A DNA stretch of 64,000 nucleotides, taken from Cirrosporium novae-zelandiae. Taxonomy: Eukaryota. The notes under the pieces are model-generated. The model worked only from the letters and a program-made list of their open reading frames with translations. It did not search any database and was not told where the DNA came from. Of this stretch, positions 25,443-38,351 are shown one piece after another. How positions within the stretch are numbered: the stretch's first letter is position 1; the number at the start of each line of letters is the position of its first letter. The position numbers were made by a program, and so were the translations under genes. The stretch lies in contig JAPETS010000004.1 of the NCBI GenBank assembly GCA_026023565.1, positions 868,001 to 932,000 of the forward strand. Reading direction: 5' to 3'.

Positions 25443-25942
25443 TTATGAAGCAACAGTGACAAAGGCTGTCAAAGCTTTCACAGCATCCCCCTCATGTGCT
25501 TTCAATAAATCTGTAACCTTGGCCTTTGGAAGTTCCAACTCGTCAACCTAAATCACAGAAATCTCAGTATCAGCAAAACACCCAGATGAAACAAGACATC
25601 CTAATCGCTCGTTCCAAATCTCTTTATTGTACTTACCAGCAGCGACACATCTGCCTGATCTACTTTGACTGCTTTTTTCTTTTCTTCTGCCATTGTAGCT
25701 GCTGGTTTCTTGGATGCTGTAGGCTTTTTTCCTCCCGAAATTTCAAGTCTGCTCATTGCTTTCCCCAGTGCTTCATGATCGGCATGAGACTTCTTGTGTG
25801 ACGCTTCGTCCTCTTCGTTATGGGCATCGAGGGAGGACAGAGCAGCTGCAGCTCTGCGGTCCTCTGCGCTTTTGGGAATGTCGGGGGTTTCGTCTTCAGC
25901 ATCGTGGGAAGGGGGCGATTTGCTAGGTGTAGGTTCAGCCAT
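25443..25942 (-). CDS. HYPK-like protein (NatA-associated, UBA-like C-terminus); 2 exons
   Basis: AEDRRAAAALSSLDA, KKAVKVDQADVSLL|VDELELPKAKVTDLLKAHEGDAVKALTAFV. Confidence 0.8.
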
Positions 25943-26479
25943 TTTGGGACGAAGTAATTGGCCGTATGAGCAAATCCACAAAGGGTGCAAAAAAGAGTGT
26001 TGTATTCAACGAGGTAGTCTTTTAGGGTCACTGTGGTTGTCGCCAAGCTTTATGTCGACACTTGAAATTAATTTTGATCTTCCTACAAGACCGTTTATGT
26101 ATGTCAACCTCTTTATAAAATTAGTTTAAAGGTTCTGATGAGAGATAAAATGGAAAACTACTAATTAGTACTGGGGTTGACCAGCCTACTATAGGGCTGA
26201 AAGCCTTATTCTTCTGTCTCGCTGCAGGAGGTTCAGATGAGTTGGCATTTACTGCCGAATCTTCTTAGTCCTAGAAGCAACACGCAATCAACGTCCTACA
26301 ATCTTTTACATCCAAAATCCCTTATAAAATAGAAGAGGTTGGAATTTAGTTATATTTGTCTCTGCTATTTCTTATACTTTGCCTTATCCGGCGCACTAAC
26401 CTAATTAGAGTAAGGGAATGGCGGAAAAGAGCTTACAAGTCGATATTCTTGATTACAGTAGGCAGCATTTTCTTGCTAG

Positions 26480-28017
26480 CAAAATCGGATAATAACTTTA
26501 GCAGTAAACGGGAAATGGAAACCCCAGCAGATCGATATAAAAGCCTTAGTACAGTTAAATAAACCAATGGTATCTATGAGCTTAAAACAATTATCCTAAT
26601 ATGGTTATAGACATCGCAAGACAGCCCAGATTTACGTGTCATGTAATGCATAAGCCAAAAAATATCATGAAAACTAATCTAATCTAGGTCAATGAGCAGC
26701 TTTGCGCCCATCGACACCTTGAAAGATTCAAATTGCCAGAATATATTTACACTTTATGGCATTCCTAGCTGTTTCTGGGCAGAGTCGTACCTCGTTGCCA
26801 ACGGATTCTTTGGATGTAGTGATGCATATGACAACGAAGGCATGGTTTATGGTCATGGTACGCGCATATTAGCATTTTTATGTAATTTCCCCGATGCTAA
26901 AAGGTAATCAGACACATGGTATCGATTTCTAGTTAAGCAAGTGGATATCAACTCCACTGAGAAACAAGGAGGCATAATGCAAGGCCCGATTTATTCCTGG
27001 GATGAAGTGGGTTTCTTCACAAGATGGACATCACCAAATCGAAACGTTGTCCTTTGTTTTGGCATCCCGCCTGGGGAGAAAAAACAATTACAAACCTCCC
27101 TAAAAACAAATTGGAATGAATATGGATGCTTCGATCCATATTTCCTCCATAGCATCATTAATTATGAAATCTTGGTCCTCTATGACCGTTCCATTTGGTC
27201 CATGCGAGATGTTATTCGAAAAATCGAAAAGGCATTTCAATAATCAAAGTTTTTCAAATAGCAGGCAAGACTGATCAAGAGAATAGGATCGAGCATCATC
27301 TAAGTTCCATCAACCAAATTACCATCAATTACATGAAATTGCCAGGCATATTATCCATTCATGTGAGACATTAAGCACCGCTAAAGGGATCCTAGAGGAG
27401 ATGATACGGAGTCATGATGATTTCCTTAATGAGATATCGACCTTGAGCAAAGAAGCATTGATAGCCTTCAAGAAATCAAAGAAGCAGCTACAATTCCAGA
27501 TCTCGACGCTCTATGGTCTCCAACTGCGGTCGAATTCAAACAAAGAACGGCTGCTCAACGAAATAAATTTGGTAAGTGTTCCGACATTATACAAGGTAAC
27601 ACTTTGACTCAAGACTTCTAGGCTTTCAACACCGTAGCTCAATATGATAGTCGTACGTCAGTTCGTATCGGTCAAGAGGTACAGCTTGATAGTGCGACCA
27701 TGAAGACGATAGCAACCTTGAATCTGATGTTCTTACCTGCCACCTTCGTTTCCGTAAGTACTGGTATTTATCCAACAGTGATTTAACATTATTAATAGAA
27801 ACAGACATTCTTCAGCACTAGCTTCTTTGACTTTTCAGCAGAGAGCCAGACATGGACAGTATCAAAAAACATTTGGATTTTCGTTGTGATCTGCATTCCA
27901 TTGACTGGATTGGCAGTAGGGCTTTGGATATGGTGGCAGCGGCGGTATAGCACTGGCAAGCGATCCCTCTCGAATGACGACTCAACGTCAAGCTTGTCAC
28001 CCAAGTCTTTTCCATAA
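26480..28017 (+). CDS. Fungal CorA-like membrane protein, multi-exon; 5' end unresolved, possibly decaying
   Basis: DPYFLH...YDRSIWSMRDVIRKIEK, LHEIARHIIHSCETL, LRSNSNKERLLNEINL|AFNTVAQYDS, DSATMKTIA...FLPATFVS|TFFSTSFF, WIFVVICIPLT; stop at 28015-28017. Confidence 0.7.
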
Positions 28018-28450
28018 TATTAAAACCTCACTGGGGGAAATTGGTTGTTTCGCATCAAGGCGGTCGTAGTAGCAAATCCAACAGCACGAAGAGAGGAATG
28101 CTATCTTATATAACTTAGTCTAATTAGTCAAATCTCTACTTTTAAACTGATTGGATGAATGAATTGATGTTAAAAGTAACTTAATTAACTACAGTAAGAG
28201 GATAAGAAAATTTCCGACTATCATCTATTTTTAGTTTCCTTGCCGCTGCCAACCCTGGATTAGTGATGATTTCGCTCTTAGACAGCGCAACAACGATGCA
28301 GGACGGTAAGGTGAGTTTGCAAATCCCTTTTATGCCTGAGGTCTTATCTGTATGTAAGCAGCCTTGAATGGTATTTATACCAGGGTCATCTCGCATGGCA
28401 TTTTGAAGCAAGAGTCGCAACTCTAGTTTCCCCTGAAAAAATCCGTGGTT

Positions 28451-29585
28451 ATGGCGAATACAGATACTGCGACCTCCAACCCCTTTCAGCCCGAGGAATC
28501 GGACTTAGCGGGGTTGCCCACTCCTCGATCATCTATGTCACACCCAGCTTCTATCACTGCTTTTGCGCGTTTCGAATTCGAGGCTGGAAAAGGAAATGAT
28601 GGAACTAAAATTCTCATGGTTGAATGGGAAGATGATGATATTACAAGAAGTGGCACTGGATCTTGGCATGTTTCGTGGGATGGCAAAAGTGCAGTCTTGC
28701 CTGCGAATGAACAAATGAACGAAAATACTCGACGCATGTACTTTATGTTGGGTCCTAGTGTTACAATCCCTCCCAATATCACCTTAACTTTCGAGCCATC
28801 TCCAGATTCTGCCAAAACAGTGAAAGAAGCAACAAGAGTACGGTTGAATCCATTACCCGCCATCTTTCCTCCTGAACTGGGAGATTCCGCAACAACGTCA
28901 GGCAAGAAAGGAGTACTACATACAATCTGGGCCAAGAAGCGATTACAGGCCTTGGAGAAAGAAATTGAAGCCGAGAAGCAATACAACTTGGAGGGGATAG
29001 CCTTGGAAATGGCTATCCAGGAAAAACAGTGGATTGAATCAAACTTTGGCGTGGGATCAAGACCCCCACCTCTTCTTCCAACTGGTATGAAGTATCCTAG
29101 TGGCCCATTGAGCCCTGGCAGCCCCAAATCTCCTTCTGGTAAACTGAGTGAGAAGTTGAAGGGGCTAAAGGTTGGTACGGGAGAGAAGGATCTGATGAGA
29201 AGACCTGAAGGTTTGTTTTCTAACCATGGGTAAGGACCGTATGCTGATGAATAAAGTTACTTCAATAGTAAATCACGAGGCTCATCCTCTCTCCCCTGAA
29301 TCTCCTGACGTCGCAGTATCCTCTTTCGCCTCTTTCCGCAATACTCCAGTTTCAGCTGATTCTTCAAAGTCTGCTGCTGTTCCTCGAACTATTGCATATG
29401 CCCCTCCACCTTATGTACAGGCTCAGCAAAAAGAGAGTGGAATTGCTTCTATCGACAAAGTAACAGGGACACAGGGCTATACTACGGAAGACGAACAGCT
29501 CTTTGCAAAAGCCTTGAGCCCTCGAACACCAGACATTCCCCGAAGCCCCTTTTCATTTTCTCCCCACAAAACCTTAAATTTTTGA
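28451..29585 (+). CDS. Conserved fungal hypothetical protein; one intron starting at 29211
   Basis: Long ORF with ARFEFEAGKGNDGTKILMVEWE, LPAIFPPELG, KKGVLHTIWAKKRL and a C-terminal ALSPRTPDIPRSPFSF. Confidence 0.75.
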
Positions 29586-30457
29586 AACCGACCTTTGTAG
29601 GGTCCTTTAGTGAATATATGCTGGACATTTGAATCGCAGCTGATGACAGGGATTCTGGACCAGCTTCCTGCTCAGGTGGAATGCATTGCTTATATTGCTT
29701 GTGGACACTCGTTGGCAATACCTCTTTCGTGCCATTACTCGAAAAGTTCTAGCCAAACGACCTTAATCATGGCGATGCCGACCTGATTCAGAACAACGAG
29801 AGAGAGAGAGAGAGACGACATTTAATGACTGTCATGATCTATGACTCTAAGGCATAGCCGAAACATTCGCTATCAATTCATTCTAGAGCTCCGACACTCG
29901 ATGTGTGCATCACCCTAGGCCTAATCTATATATAATTATATATGGAGACGAGGCTATTATCTTTGGGGTTATTTGTATAATGAGCTGTGATCATGGTGAT
30001 GCGATCACAAGTCTGAGGAAGTTAGTTATGCAATGAACCCAATGCCAGAATTGCGAAGTACTCTAGTCAGGAGTAAATGTAATATGCGACCGACATGATA
30101 CTAGTTTCTAATATGCTTGTCATGGTACTAAACTAGTTTCCTAATCTCAACTAATTGTTAAAATTTTCCCCGGCCAATAGATGGAGCATATCGAATTAAT
30201 TTGTAGAAAAGGTGGTGAATGCCTCCTGGGTGATTCACTAGTCACAGAGGCTTATCCTATAGAAAAGTCGATTTTTATGTCAAACGTTAGGGTTAAATTA
30301 TTATAGTGGACATAAAACAGTGAATTATCATTATTGAATTATTATATTGATACTGTTTGCATTATTTTATGTCCTTAAGGCTCCCCACAATTGATCTAAA
30401 GCTCAAGCTCACTAAAGCACATTCTCCCCGCCCTCACCCCACCACCAACCCACTACT

Positions 30458-31661
30458 ATGTCTCTCCCTCCATCAATCCAAAAGATCCGCCAACGTATCT
30501 GGGAGGGATCTCTTCCTCTAGAAATAGTTCTCTCTCCCACGGAATGTCGCATATTTGATAAATCCGACCCATATCTCGTGTGTTCCCCCGTTGCTCTTAT
30601 AATTCCACCCATTAACGTGCTTTTCTCTTTCCTTAGGTCCACTTTCCCCGCCTTTCTTACCTCCCCTTCCTCCTCGAGCGCCTCCATAATTTTTTCACGC
30701 CATTCCTAATCGACCCATCTGCTAGTGAGCCCCATAAAGGATGGTTCTCCTTTGAGGATGTTCCGTTAAAATGGCATTGCCCTGTTGGGCTGCTTTACGA
30801 TTTATTTTCGGGGGCTGAGCCGGTAATGCTGCATCGTGATGATAAGGGTGGTGGATATGGCTCAGTACATGAAAGTCAGTTAAGACCAGTCAAGGAAGAG
30901 GAGGAAGGTAACGATGGGGAAGGTGAAGAAGGCGGTGGAGTTGGGGCAGAGGAAGGTGGAACGAAGCTGCCATGGAAATTGACAGTTCATTTTTCAGACT
31001 GGCCGGAAGATCAGTTAGTAAGATTGGATACAGATTGGAAGGCATTGCATGATGCGTTCGTGAACAGTGCGAAAGAGGCGGATTTTGTGCGAAATGGAAC
31101 CGCGAGGGGGATTATGAGTCTGAGTGCTGAGGAGAGTAAGAAGCTATGGAGGAGTGTAGTTGAACGTATGTTATATCTCATCAGATATTTGCTATCATTG
31201 TATAGTGCTGCGTGCGGACTATGAAACTGACATTCAGGACTTGGATTCATGCAGATGATTTATCAACCTATACCCGAATATCATTCCCCCTTTTTTCACC
31301 TTCAACACCACTCCGCAACATCCCCCTCCGAATCTACCTCCCTCAGTCCGCCTCTCCCTCCTCCTCCTCCCCCCCTCCTTCATCACCCTCCTCTTCTTCC
31401 AAACCAGGTCCTACATCCCCCCCCTCCTCCTCCACACCCTCCCTCCGAACCATCCAAGCACCCATCACCCCTTCCCAAACTCTCGGCACAGCTCTACATA
31501 CTCTACTACCCTCGCTATTTCCATCCAGAAGAACAGCTGTGCATGCGAGGCCAGTGCTGCATGGAGCAGAAGTACCCCTGGGGGCCAGAGTGGACGAGCT
31601 AATGAGGGCAATGGGCTATTGTGATGGATGGGTTGGTTTGGGGGTCGTTATGGTAGGGTGA
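30458..31661 (+). CDS. ATG5: Autophagy protein 5; introns 30578-30636 and 31166-31254
   Basis: IWEGSLPLEI, PRFSYLPFLL, WFSFEDVPLKWHCPVGLLYD, LPWKLTVHF, AFVNSAKEADFVRNG, RNIPLRIYLP, TLGTALHTLLPSLFPS, LHGAEVPL, Y.DGW. Confidence 0.93.
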
Positions 31662-32760
31662 AACTACTGTTTTTTAAAGAAACAAAATTTTTGGAGTATA
31701 TTCGGGGGTTAGGAGGGAAGGAGGGAGGGAGTGGGGGCGTTCGTTTGTGTTGTGGTGTGAGTGAGTTACTTCAGGATAGGGGCCCAGATTTGTCTATCTG
31801 TTATCCTTGGAATAACCTCGAATAGAGAGTCAAGTCATCTACTATAACGATGGGGTGAGACAATCCTTTTGATATAATATGGATTTTTATTGTGTGGATG
31901 ATAGACAGATAGATAGATGCACTGAAGAGGATTAGAATACCATACGATCTATCCCTAAAGCAGATACAGTATACTTTGTTTCAGTTCATTGAGTTTTCAC
32001 GATATAGTATGGTGATGGATAGAAAAGACCTACCTACTTACCTACGCTATTCAAGTATTCGTAAATTCGTAATAACGAAAGTCCTAAGTTCTATTATCAA
32101 TCCCCTCCCCTCAATCTCCCTTTGATCATTTATCCCTAAGTTTCTAAGTTTCTACCTACCATGCAGCCCCCCCTATACTACTAATTACAAAAAAATTAAT
32201 TCTCACATCTAAGATTTTTTTATATAGATATAAATATAATAGAACAAGCATTTCCTAAAAGAAAATGAAAAAGGGAAATGAAGGTTCGGTAATACCTGAA
32301 GATACACCATAAATATTACATTTAAACCCCACTTTCCCACTTTCCCACTTTCCCACTTTTTCCCAAGTTCCAACGAGCAGAGCAGAATAGACCGTGTGTG
32401 TAGTCTACGAGATCTCGAGATCCTTCCACCGATACCGACACACACACCCATACCCATACCAAGGACATCAATGTATATATGTATGTAGCACTCCTCACTT
32501 AACCCTTAACCCGTAACCCATAACTCGTAACCCAACTTGGAAAGGGGGCATTGGGCATTGAACTATGGACCATGGACCGTGTGGACCATGTGGACTGGCT
32601 GGGATGTACTGTGTGAAAACTAAATCTGTAGAGACGGGGTTGAGGGGGTTGGGATTGGGATTGGGATAGCATAGATAGCATGGAAATATGGAAATATGGA
32701 AATCTGGAATCTAGGTGCTTAGTTGTGAGATTTCTTTTTGGGGGGGGTTGGAAAAAAAAG

Positions 32761-33151
32761 TTTGATGTGTGATGAATTCCGCGTGTATGTTATGAGTTTG
32801 TTACTGTACCGGCTAGCTATTTTTTTTTATGTTGCTGGAATGAATAGTTTGGTTTTTGTTAGTAGATAGTTAGTTCGGATGGAGATGGAAATGGGGCTGT
32901 AGAATAAACACATGAGCTGGTGGTCTATGATGGGATGGGGATGATGTTTCTACTTTGATGTGTGATTCGTATGTTATGAGCTCGTACTAGCTAGATATTG
33001 TTTTTTTTTGTTAGCTTACTGGAACGAATGAATGGCTTGGTTTTTGTTAGTGGGTGCCTAGGCAATTAGAATGGAGATGGAGATGGAGATGGGACTGTGG
33101 GATAGACATGTGAGTTGATGTATGATGGGATGGGATGAAGTTTCTCCTTTG
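32761..33151. repeat. Degenerate tandem duplication, two ~193-bp units
   Basis: Units start TTTGATGTGTGAT at 32761 and 32954 and share GTATGTTATGAG, TTGGTTTTTGTTAGT, ATGGAGATGGA and TATGATGGGATGGG in the same order. Confidence 0.8.
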
Positions 33152-33205
33152 CGTTGTGTTGGACTATCTGTGATACAGCACTTACTATTTCCCTCCATAT
33201 ATTCA

Positions 33206-34649
33206 TTAAGTAAATGTGATTTTCTGCTTTGTTAGATCTCTATATATCTCATCGAGCACCTCTCTCTTTCTCTTCTTCTTACTCTCATCCACGATTTCTT
33301 CTCCATCTTCATCTCCATCATCTTCTACATTGTTCATCGTCTCAGGCATAAAACACTTTACTGTTCCATCAACACACCCCGCATATAACTCTATCCCAGT
33401 TTTCCCCCTCCATGATAAAGCCCTTATTCCCCCTTTAACATTCCGCTCCCCTCTCCCACCTTGTGCAATTCTCCCTTCTCTAATTTTTAATTTTTGAAGG
33501 AGTGTTCCCTCAAGCATATCGCAAACAAGTACTTCCTTTTCATTTGGCCAACACAAAACCCATTTCTTTTCTACTAGGTCATGTGGGACAATAACGGGCA
33601 ACACGGTTGCAAGTCCGGTATTCCTGATAGTTGGTCCAAAATGTGCCAGTGTGTTTGCACCCGTTCCGGCATCCCAGACTCTGATGCGACCATCATGTCC
33701 ACATGTCACAAGATACTCGCCATTCCCCGTCCAGGTGACACCGTTACTGGGTCCGTTGTGTGCTTTTCGAAGAGATGTCGGATTTCGGGCGCCAGTGCCA
33801 TGTCCATCGTGGCCGAGGATTCCAATTGAATCTTCCATGTCCAACATTCCTAGACAGGCAGAGCCACGGCGGATGTCCCAGAGGCGGACTGTTCCATCTG
33901 CGCCGGCTGAGGCGAGAATGTGCTCGGTGCGGGGCGACCAGGAAACAGAAAGGACGGGGCCAGAGTGCCCTGGGAGTGAATGCGCTGTGCTTGCGGAACG
34001 GAGATCGACGAGCCGGACCGCGGGATGACGCGTAGCGACTGCAACTAAAAGGTGCGAAGCGATCGGCGAGAGGGCATGCGAATAAATGGGGTGGGTGAGG
34101 GAGAAGGTATAGGACGGCGTGAGGGATGATGTGGATGTGATTGAAAGGGTAGCATCGTAAGAAGAAGAGAGGAAGGCATCAGTGTCGAAGGGGTAGAAAG
34201 ATAGGTGAGTGATGCTGAATTTGTGGGAGGAAGATTTAGGGACACTGCCGAGAGGACGGTGGGTTGATGAGGTAGTGCCTTCGATAGCTTCGAGGTCCCA
34301 AAGGCGGATTGAGGCGTCTGCACCGCCAGTAACCATGCTATTACGATGGATGCATTAGAAACGGATTTAGCGATAAATGATACAACCTAGCTTACTATTT
34401 CCCTTCAAACCGATCAACATCCAGCGCATTCACTCCCGCCTTGTGGGCCCAGATTTCTTCGTCGCTATCATGCCTATGTACTCTATCTTGATGATGATGG
34501 CTTGAAGAAGAGGCAACACCACGGGCATTGCTATCAAACTTCACCCATGGGGCGGGCTGTAACGAATGAACAAGCTGTGTTGTATAGGCTTGCTGAAAAG
34601 CATGAGGATGGATGGATCCTATAGCTCGGTTAAGGAGGTACGAATTCAT
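33206..34649 (-). CDS. WD40 protein CSA/ERCC8 (Rad28/Ckn1 homolog); intron 34338-34395
   Basis: MNSYLLNRAIG...AHKAGVNALDVDRFEGKYMVTGGADASIRLWDL, SFYPFD..AFLSSSYD, VRLVDLRS..TAHSLPGH, DGTVRLWDIRR, GANTLAHFGP. Confidence 0.88.
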
Positions 34650-35465
34650 TCATCCATCAAAACGAGAATACTCGAAAGCATGCAAAATAGTAGACCTCTC
34701 GAGACTTTGAGACTGGATACGTTGGACGTTGTAGCAGCAGCAACTAATTATTGTTCCGAAGCAATGACGAAGGGTTTAATTTAGATAAGACAGACTGAAC
34801 TTTTGAACGTTGGTGACGCTATCTCACATTAGTCCCGTCGATCTCCCGAGGACTACATGTGCCGTGTAATACACAATAATGCTAGCTACTAGTTACTCCA
34901 TAGGTTTACACACCTTGAACTCTTAGAGAACAAATTACTTCAATAACAAAGGAAACATATGTAGAATACCGCGTCTGAGCTATTCATGGGGTGTTGGTCA
35001 CTTGCAAGCATATTGTCATTTGCGAAACCAATGCTAATACTCATGATTTCATACGCTTCCCTATATTTCAGACGAAGCCATCACTTCTCCTTATACATAG
35101 TGGGCCTATTGGCGTGTCTTTGACCCATCAACAATAGTGCTCGGTGATAATATATCACTCTCCCCACAAGGCTGCAATCGCTAACAGAAGCACTATGTGA
35201 TTCCCCGGTCTTCCCCAGGCGTTCTAGTATACCCACTTGAATATCCCGTCTTCTCATGAAAAGAGAAATATGCGGATAGTGGGCGTAGAAATCTCTAGTC
35301 GTAGGATATTCTAGCCTAAATATCTCCCTCATACTTTGGGCGGAGATTACCACCCAGAGAGTTAAACGATGTGGCTAAAGCGCGGCATAGAGTGGGTTCA
35401 GCAACCTCTAAGACGTCTTATAGTCGAATTAACGATAGTTTGTTACCGATTCGATGTTTGTCCCA

Positions 35466-38351
35466 TCATTCGCCCCCAGGTTCGTCAGAACTTCCATCAC
35501 TATTGGCTTGCTGTCCTTTCAATTCAAGTTCGGCTTGAATATCCCCAGTATCTATAATTTGAGTAGTATCATCTTTATCGCTGAAGCCTGCGAATTCGTC
35601 AACTTCATTATCATCCTCCTCATTAGGATCTGGAAGATCTTCATGGCTGTCCTCTCCATCCTTCCCCTGAAGATCGACTTCCTCTCTTTTTCTCTTTTTT
35701 GACATTTCCCCAAGTCTTCCAGCTCTCCCTTCGATGGCTACAGCCTCCTTGCCTTCCACAGATGGTGGAGGAGTGTACCAAGGGATCTTCCCACGTAGAA
35801 AGTCATCAATCACCATCCTTGCTACCGAATCAACGTCAGCCTCCCCACCCTTAAGGAGACGACCACCTTTCTTTGCAAGAATATTCAAAAAGTCGTTCGC
35901 ATCACTAAAATCTTTGAGATCATAGGTCTTTTTGATATAGTGAGGCTTGCTCTTGTTCAAAATGGCTGGAATGTACTGTGCAGGATGGAAGACCTTTTCG
36001 GTTCTCACAACACCTCGTAGAAGAAGATCTTCTTCAGTGTCGGTGCTGCTAGGTGGAACAATACCTGGGCAATCGATGAGATAAATCCTTTTCATCAACG
36101 TAATGTATTGCCATACTGTTTTAGGGCGTTAGCCTAAATTCATCAATAACCTAAGATCAAAACAGTAAAGAAACATGAAAAGGGATACGGAAAAAGCGAA
36201 GCAATAACCCCAAACAACTAATAAGTGTAGCCGGCTAATCTGAAGTTGGCATATAAACCGGCAGAAGCCAATTTACGCCAAACGTTTTCGAGGTTTGCCG
36301 GGTTTAGCTTGATAATTGCTCTTAAATAAAGTGTTATTAGGCCACAGGCTAGACTATAGTTGTTCATCGGTCCGATCCAGTTTATTCAGATGTCTACAAT
36401 GTGACACAAAAGAAATCAAGGAGACATGGAAATATAAAATTAGGGGCGCGTCGAAGGGTTGTTAACGTACTTTTAGTTTCGCCGGGTATAGGTGCAACAG
36501 TACAGACTTTTTTCTGTAGAATCAATTAATTGGTGTACTTTAAAGGGATTTGGACCTTGGTAGAAGGGTCATTTGGATCGAGAGTTGGTCAGGTCTCCAT
36601 ATACTGATATCGAATAAATTCTTAACTAGTAGCAGAAGCATGCCACTTACATTTCGTAATGTGTTAATGATCGATGATTTTCCAGTATTTGCTAGAAGAG
36701 AAGTTAGTCCTGGTAAAAATAAGAAGGTTGATGAATCGTAGAGCAAAGTGCTAGGTGAACAATTAGAATGGGGAAATAGCTTACGATATCCAATAAAGCC
36801 CACGCTAATTTGCTTACGGTCGCTGTGTAGCGAAGAAAATTGACGTAGTAGCTGAATTAAAGAGCCCTTTCTAGGGGTGTATATCTCAGCATTGTATTAC
36901 TCAAGGGCGATTTGGAGACAATCATACTAACCCGAAGGAATTATTGATTGAAGACCTGAAAGCTAAAGTCGGATATTCTTTTGAGAGAGCACGAACCCAA
37001 GAGGCCTAGAACTCTATCAGTAACTAGAACTCTAGCTCCAAGTACAAGATAAACGGAATATGTATGAAACGTTACTAAGAAAACCGCCACAAAGATGCTG
37101 AATAAACAGCATAGACAGCTTTCAACTCAAACGAGGCATTCTAGGACCCTGGTGACAGTCTTTCAAGACGAAAGAAAGTCTACTCAAAAAGAGCGGCGAG
37201 TGGAGATTTTTCTACCACCGTTGTAACAGACAACCTCCCATCGTGAAATGATGCAATAAATGCTGGAAGGAGCCTTGACTTAACAGTGGTATGTCATAGG
37301 CAGAAATGAAAAAGGGGGAAGAGAACAATGAAAGGTCGGGCTTACAGCAACTCCTGTAGGAACAAGATCGCATTTCTAAAATAAGAATTAGTATCTAGCT
37401 ATACAAAAGGAAAAATACATATAACACTTACATTCATACAGAATATCAGGTGCTTATGGGGTGCCTCGTTTTTCATATAAGACTCAACACTCCTAAAAAG
37501 ACACAAGTTAGTAGAACAAGCAAAGTTTCTTGTAGATGAGAGACAATTCATACCGACAACGTGTACCGATCGGATCACGGGCATCCAATACGTGAACGAT
37601 AACATCGGAGGAATCTATGACCTTGTACAATTCATTCCAAATTCTTTTGGACTGGCCTTTCGAGAAAACTGGTTCTCTTGCAGTGGCAATATGTCCCTCG
37701 TCGTCGATATCCATATCAGCTGTTTCCGCCGACGCTCCTTTCAATAAAGCGGCTTGTTCCAAGCGCTCATGATACTCATCCTGCATCTTATCTGTCTCAC
37801 CAGCAAGATCCTCTAATGTCGCAACATTAAGCTTGACCCGCTTCCGCTGAGCCTTGGGGCCAAACGTATCTTTAAAGCTAGATGATTGAATAGCAATCTT
37901 AGCTTGATGCTCCTTCAAACCGTTTGGTCCTTGGCCATCACGGATCAGGCTCATTGGTAGCTTGTTGGACTTCAGGAGAACTTGATAAGGATCTGACTCC
38001 TTCTCTGCCATTGCATCACGAAAAGCGCTGAGCGAATCCTGACTTATTACTCTGGTATTTCCAAACCATTTACGGTTTGGTTCAACTCGAGCGACGGGCT
38101 TGTCACGGCTCTGGTAAGAAGCAGCCTTAGTTATGAAACCATCTGCATTTCTTTGAGGACGGCCATCCTTAAACATATTCAAAGTCTTTATCTTTTTGGC
38201 ATTTCTTGTAAAAATTAGTACCTGTCAAAGGGTATAGATTGACCATAGCTTACCGATAAAAGTTCTCTCCCTTGACTTTCACATTAGCCATGCCATCTCC
38301 GACCTTTCCCTGCCGCACTTTGCGTGCAGCCTCCTTCTTCCCTGTCCCCAT
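35466..38351 (-). CDS. NOG2: Nucleolar GTPase Nog2 (pre-60S); about 10 exons
   Basis: MGTGKKE...[85 protein letters not shown]. Confidence 0.96.
36223..36408 (-). ncRNA. Candidate intronic box H/ACA snoRNA (family unassigned) in NOG2 intron 36116-36470
   Basis: Hairpin GTCACA..TAGAC/GTCTA..TGTGGC, ANANNA boxes (ATAACA 36337-36332; AGAGCA 36322-36317), hairpin CCGGC..TTGGCGTAAA/TTTATATGCCAA..GCCGG, then ACA at 36228-36226. Confidence 0.6.
37058..37293 (-). ncRNA. SNR191: Intronic box H/ACA snoRNA, snR191/U19 homolog, in NOG2 intron 37006-37345
   Basis: 5' hairpin TACCACTGTT/AACGGTGGTA followed by H box AGAAAA; terminal ACA at 37063-37061. Pockets AGUCA+GUUAC and GAGU+UAGU, each 14 nt from its box, are complementary to LSU rRNA GUAACUAUGACUC. 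Confidence 0.88.

Noticed and set aside
28486..29127. Long antisense ORFs (here, and inside the GH74, DAHP synthase, CSA and Ral2 genes)
   Set aside because: Shadow frames of real genes with no independent motifs.
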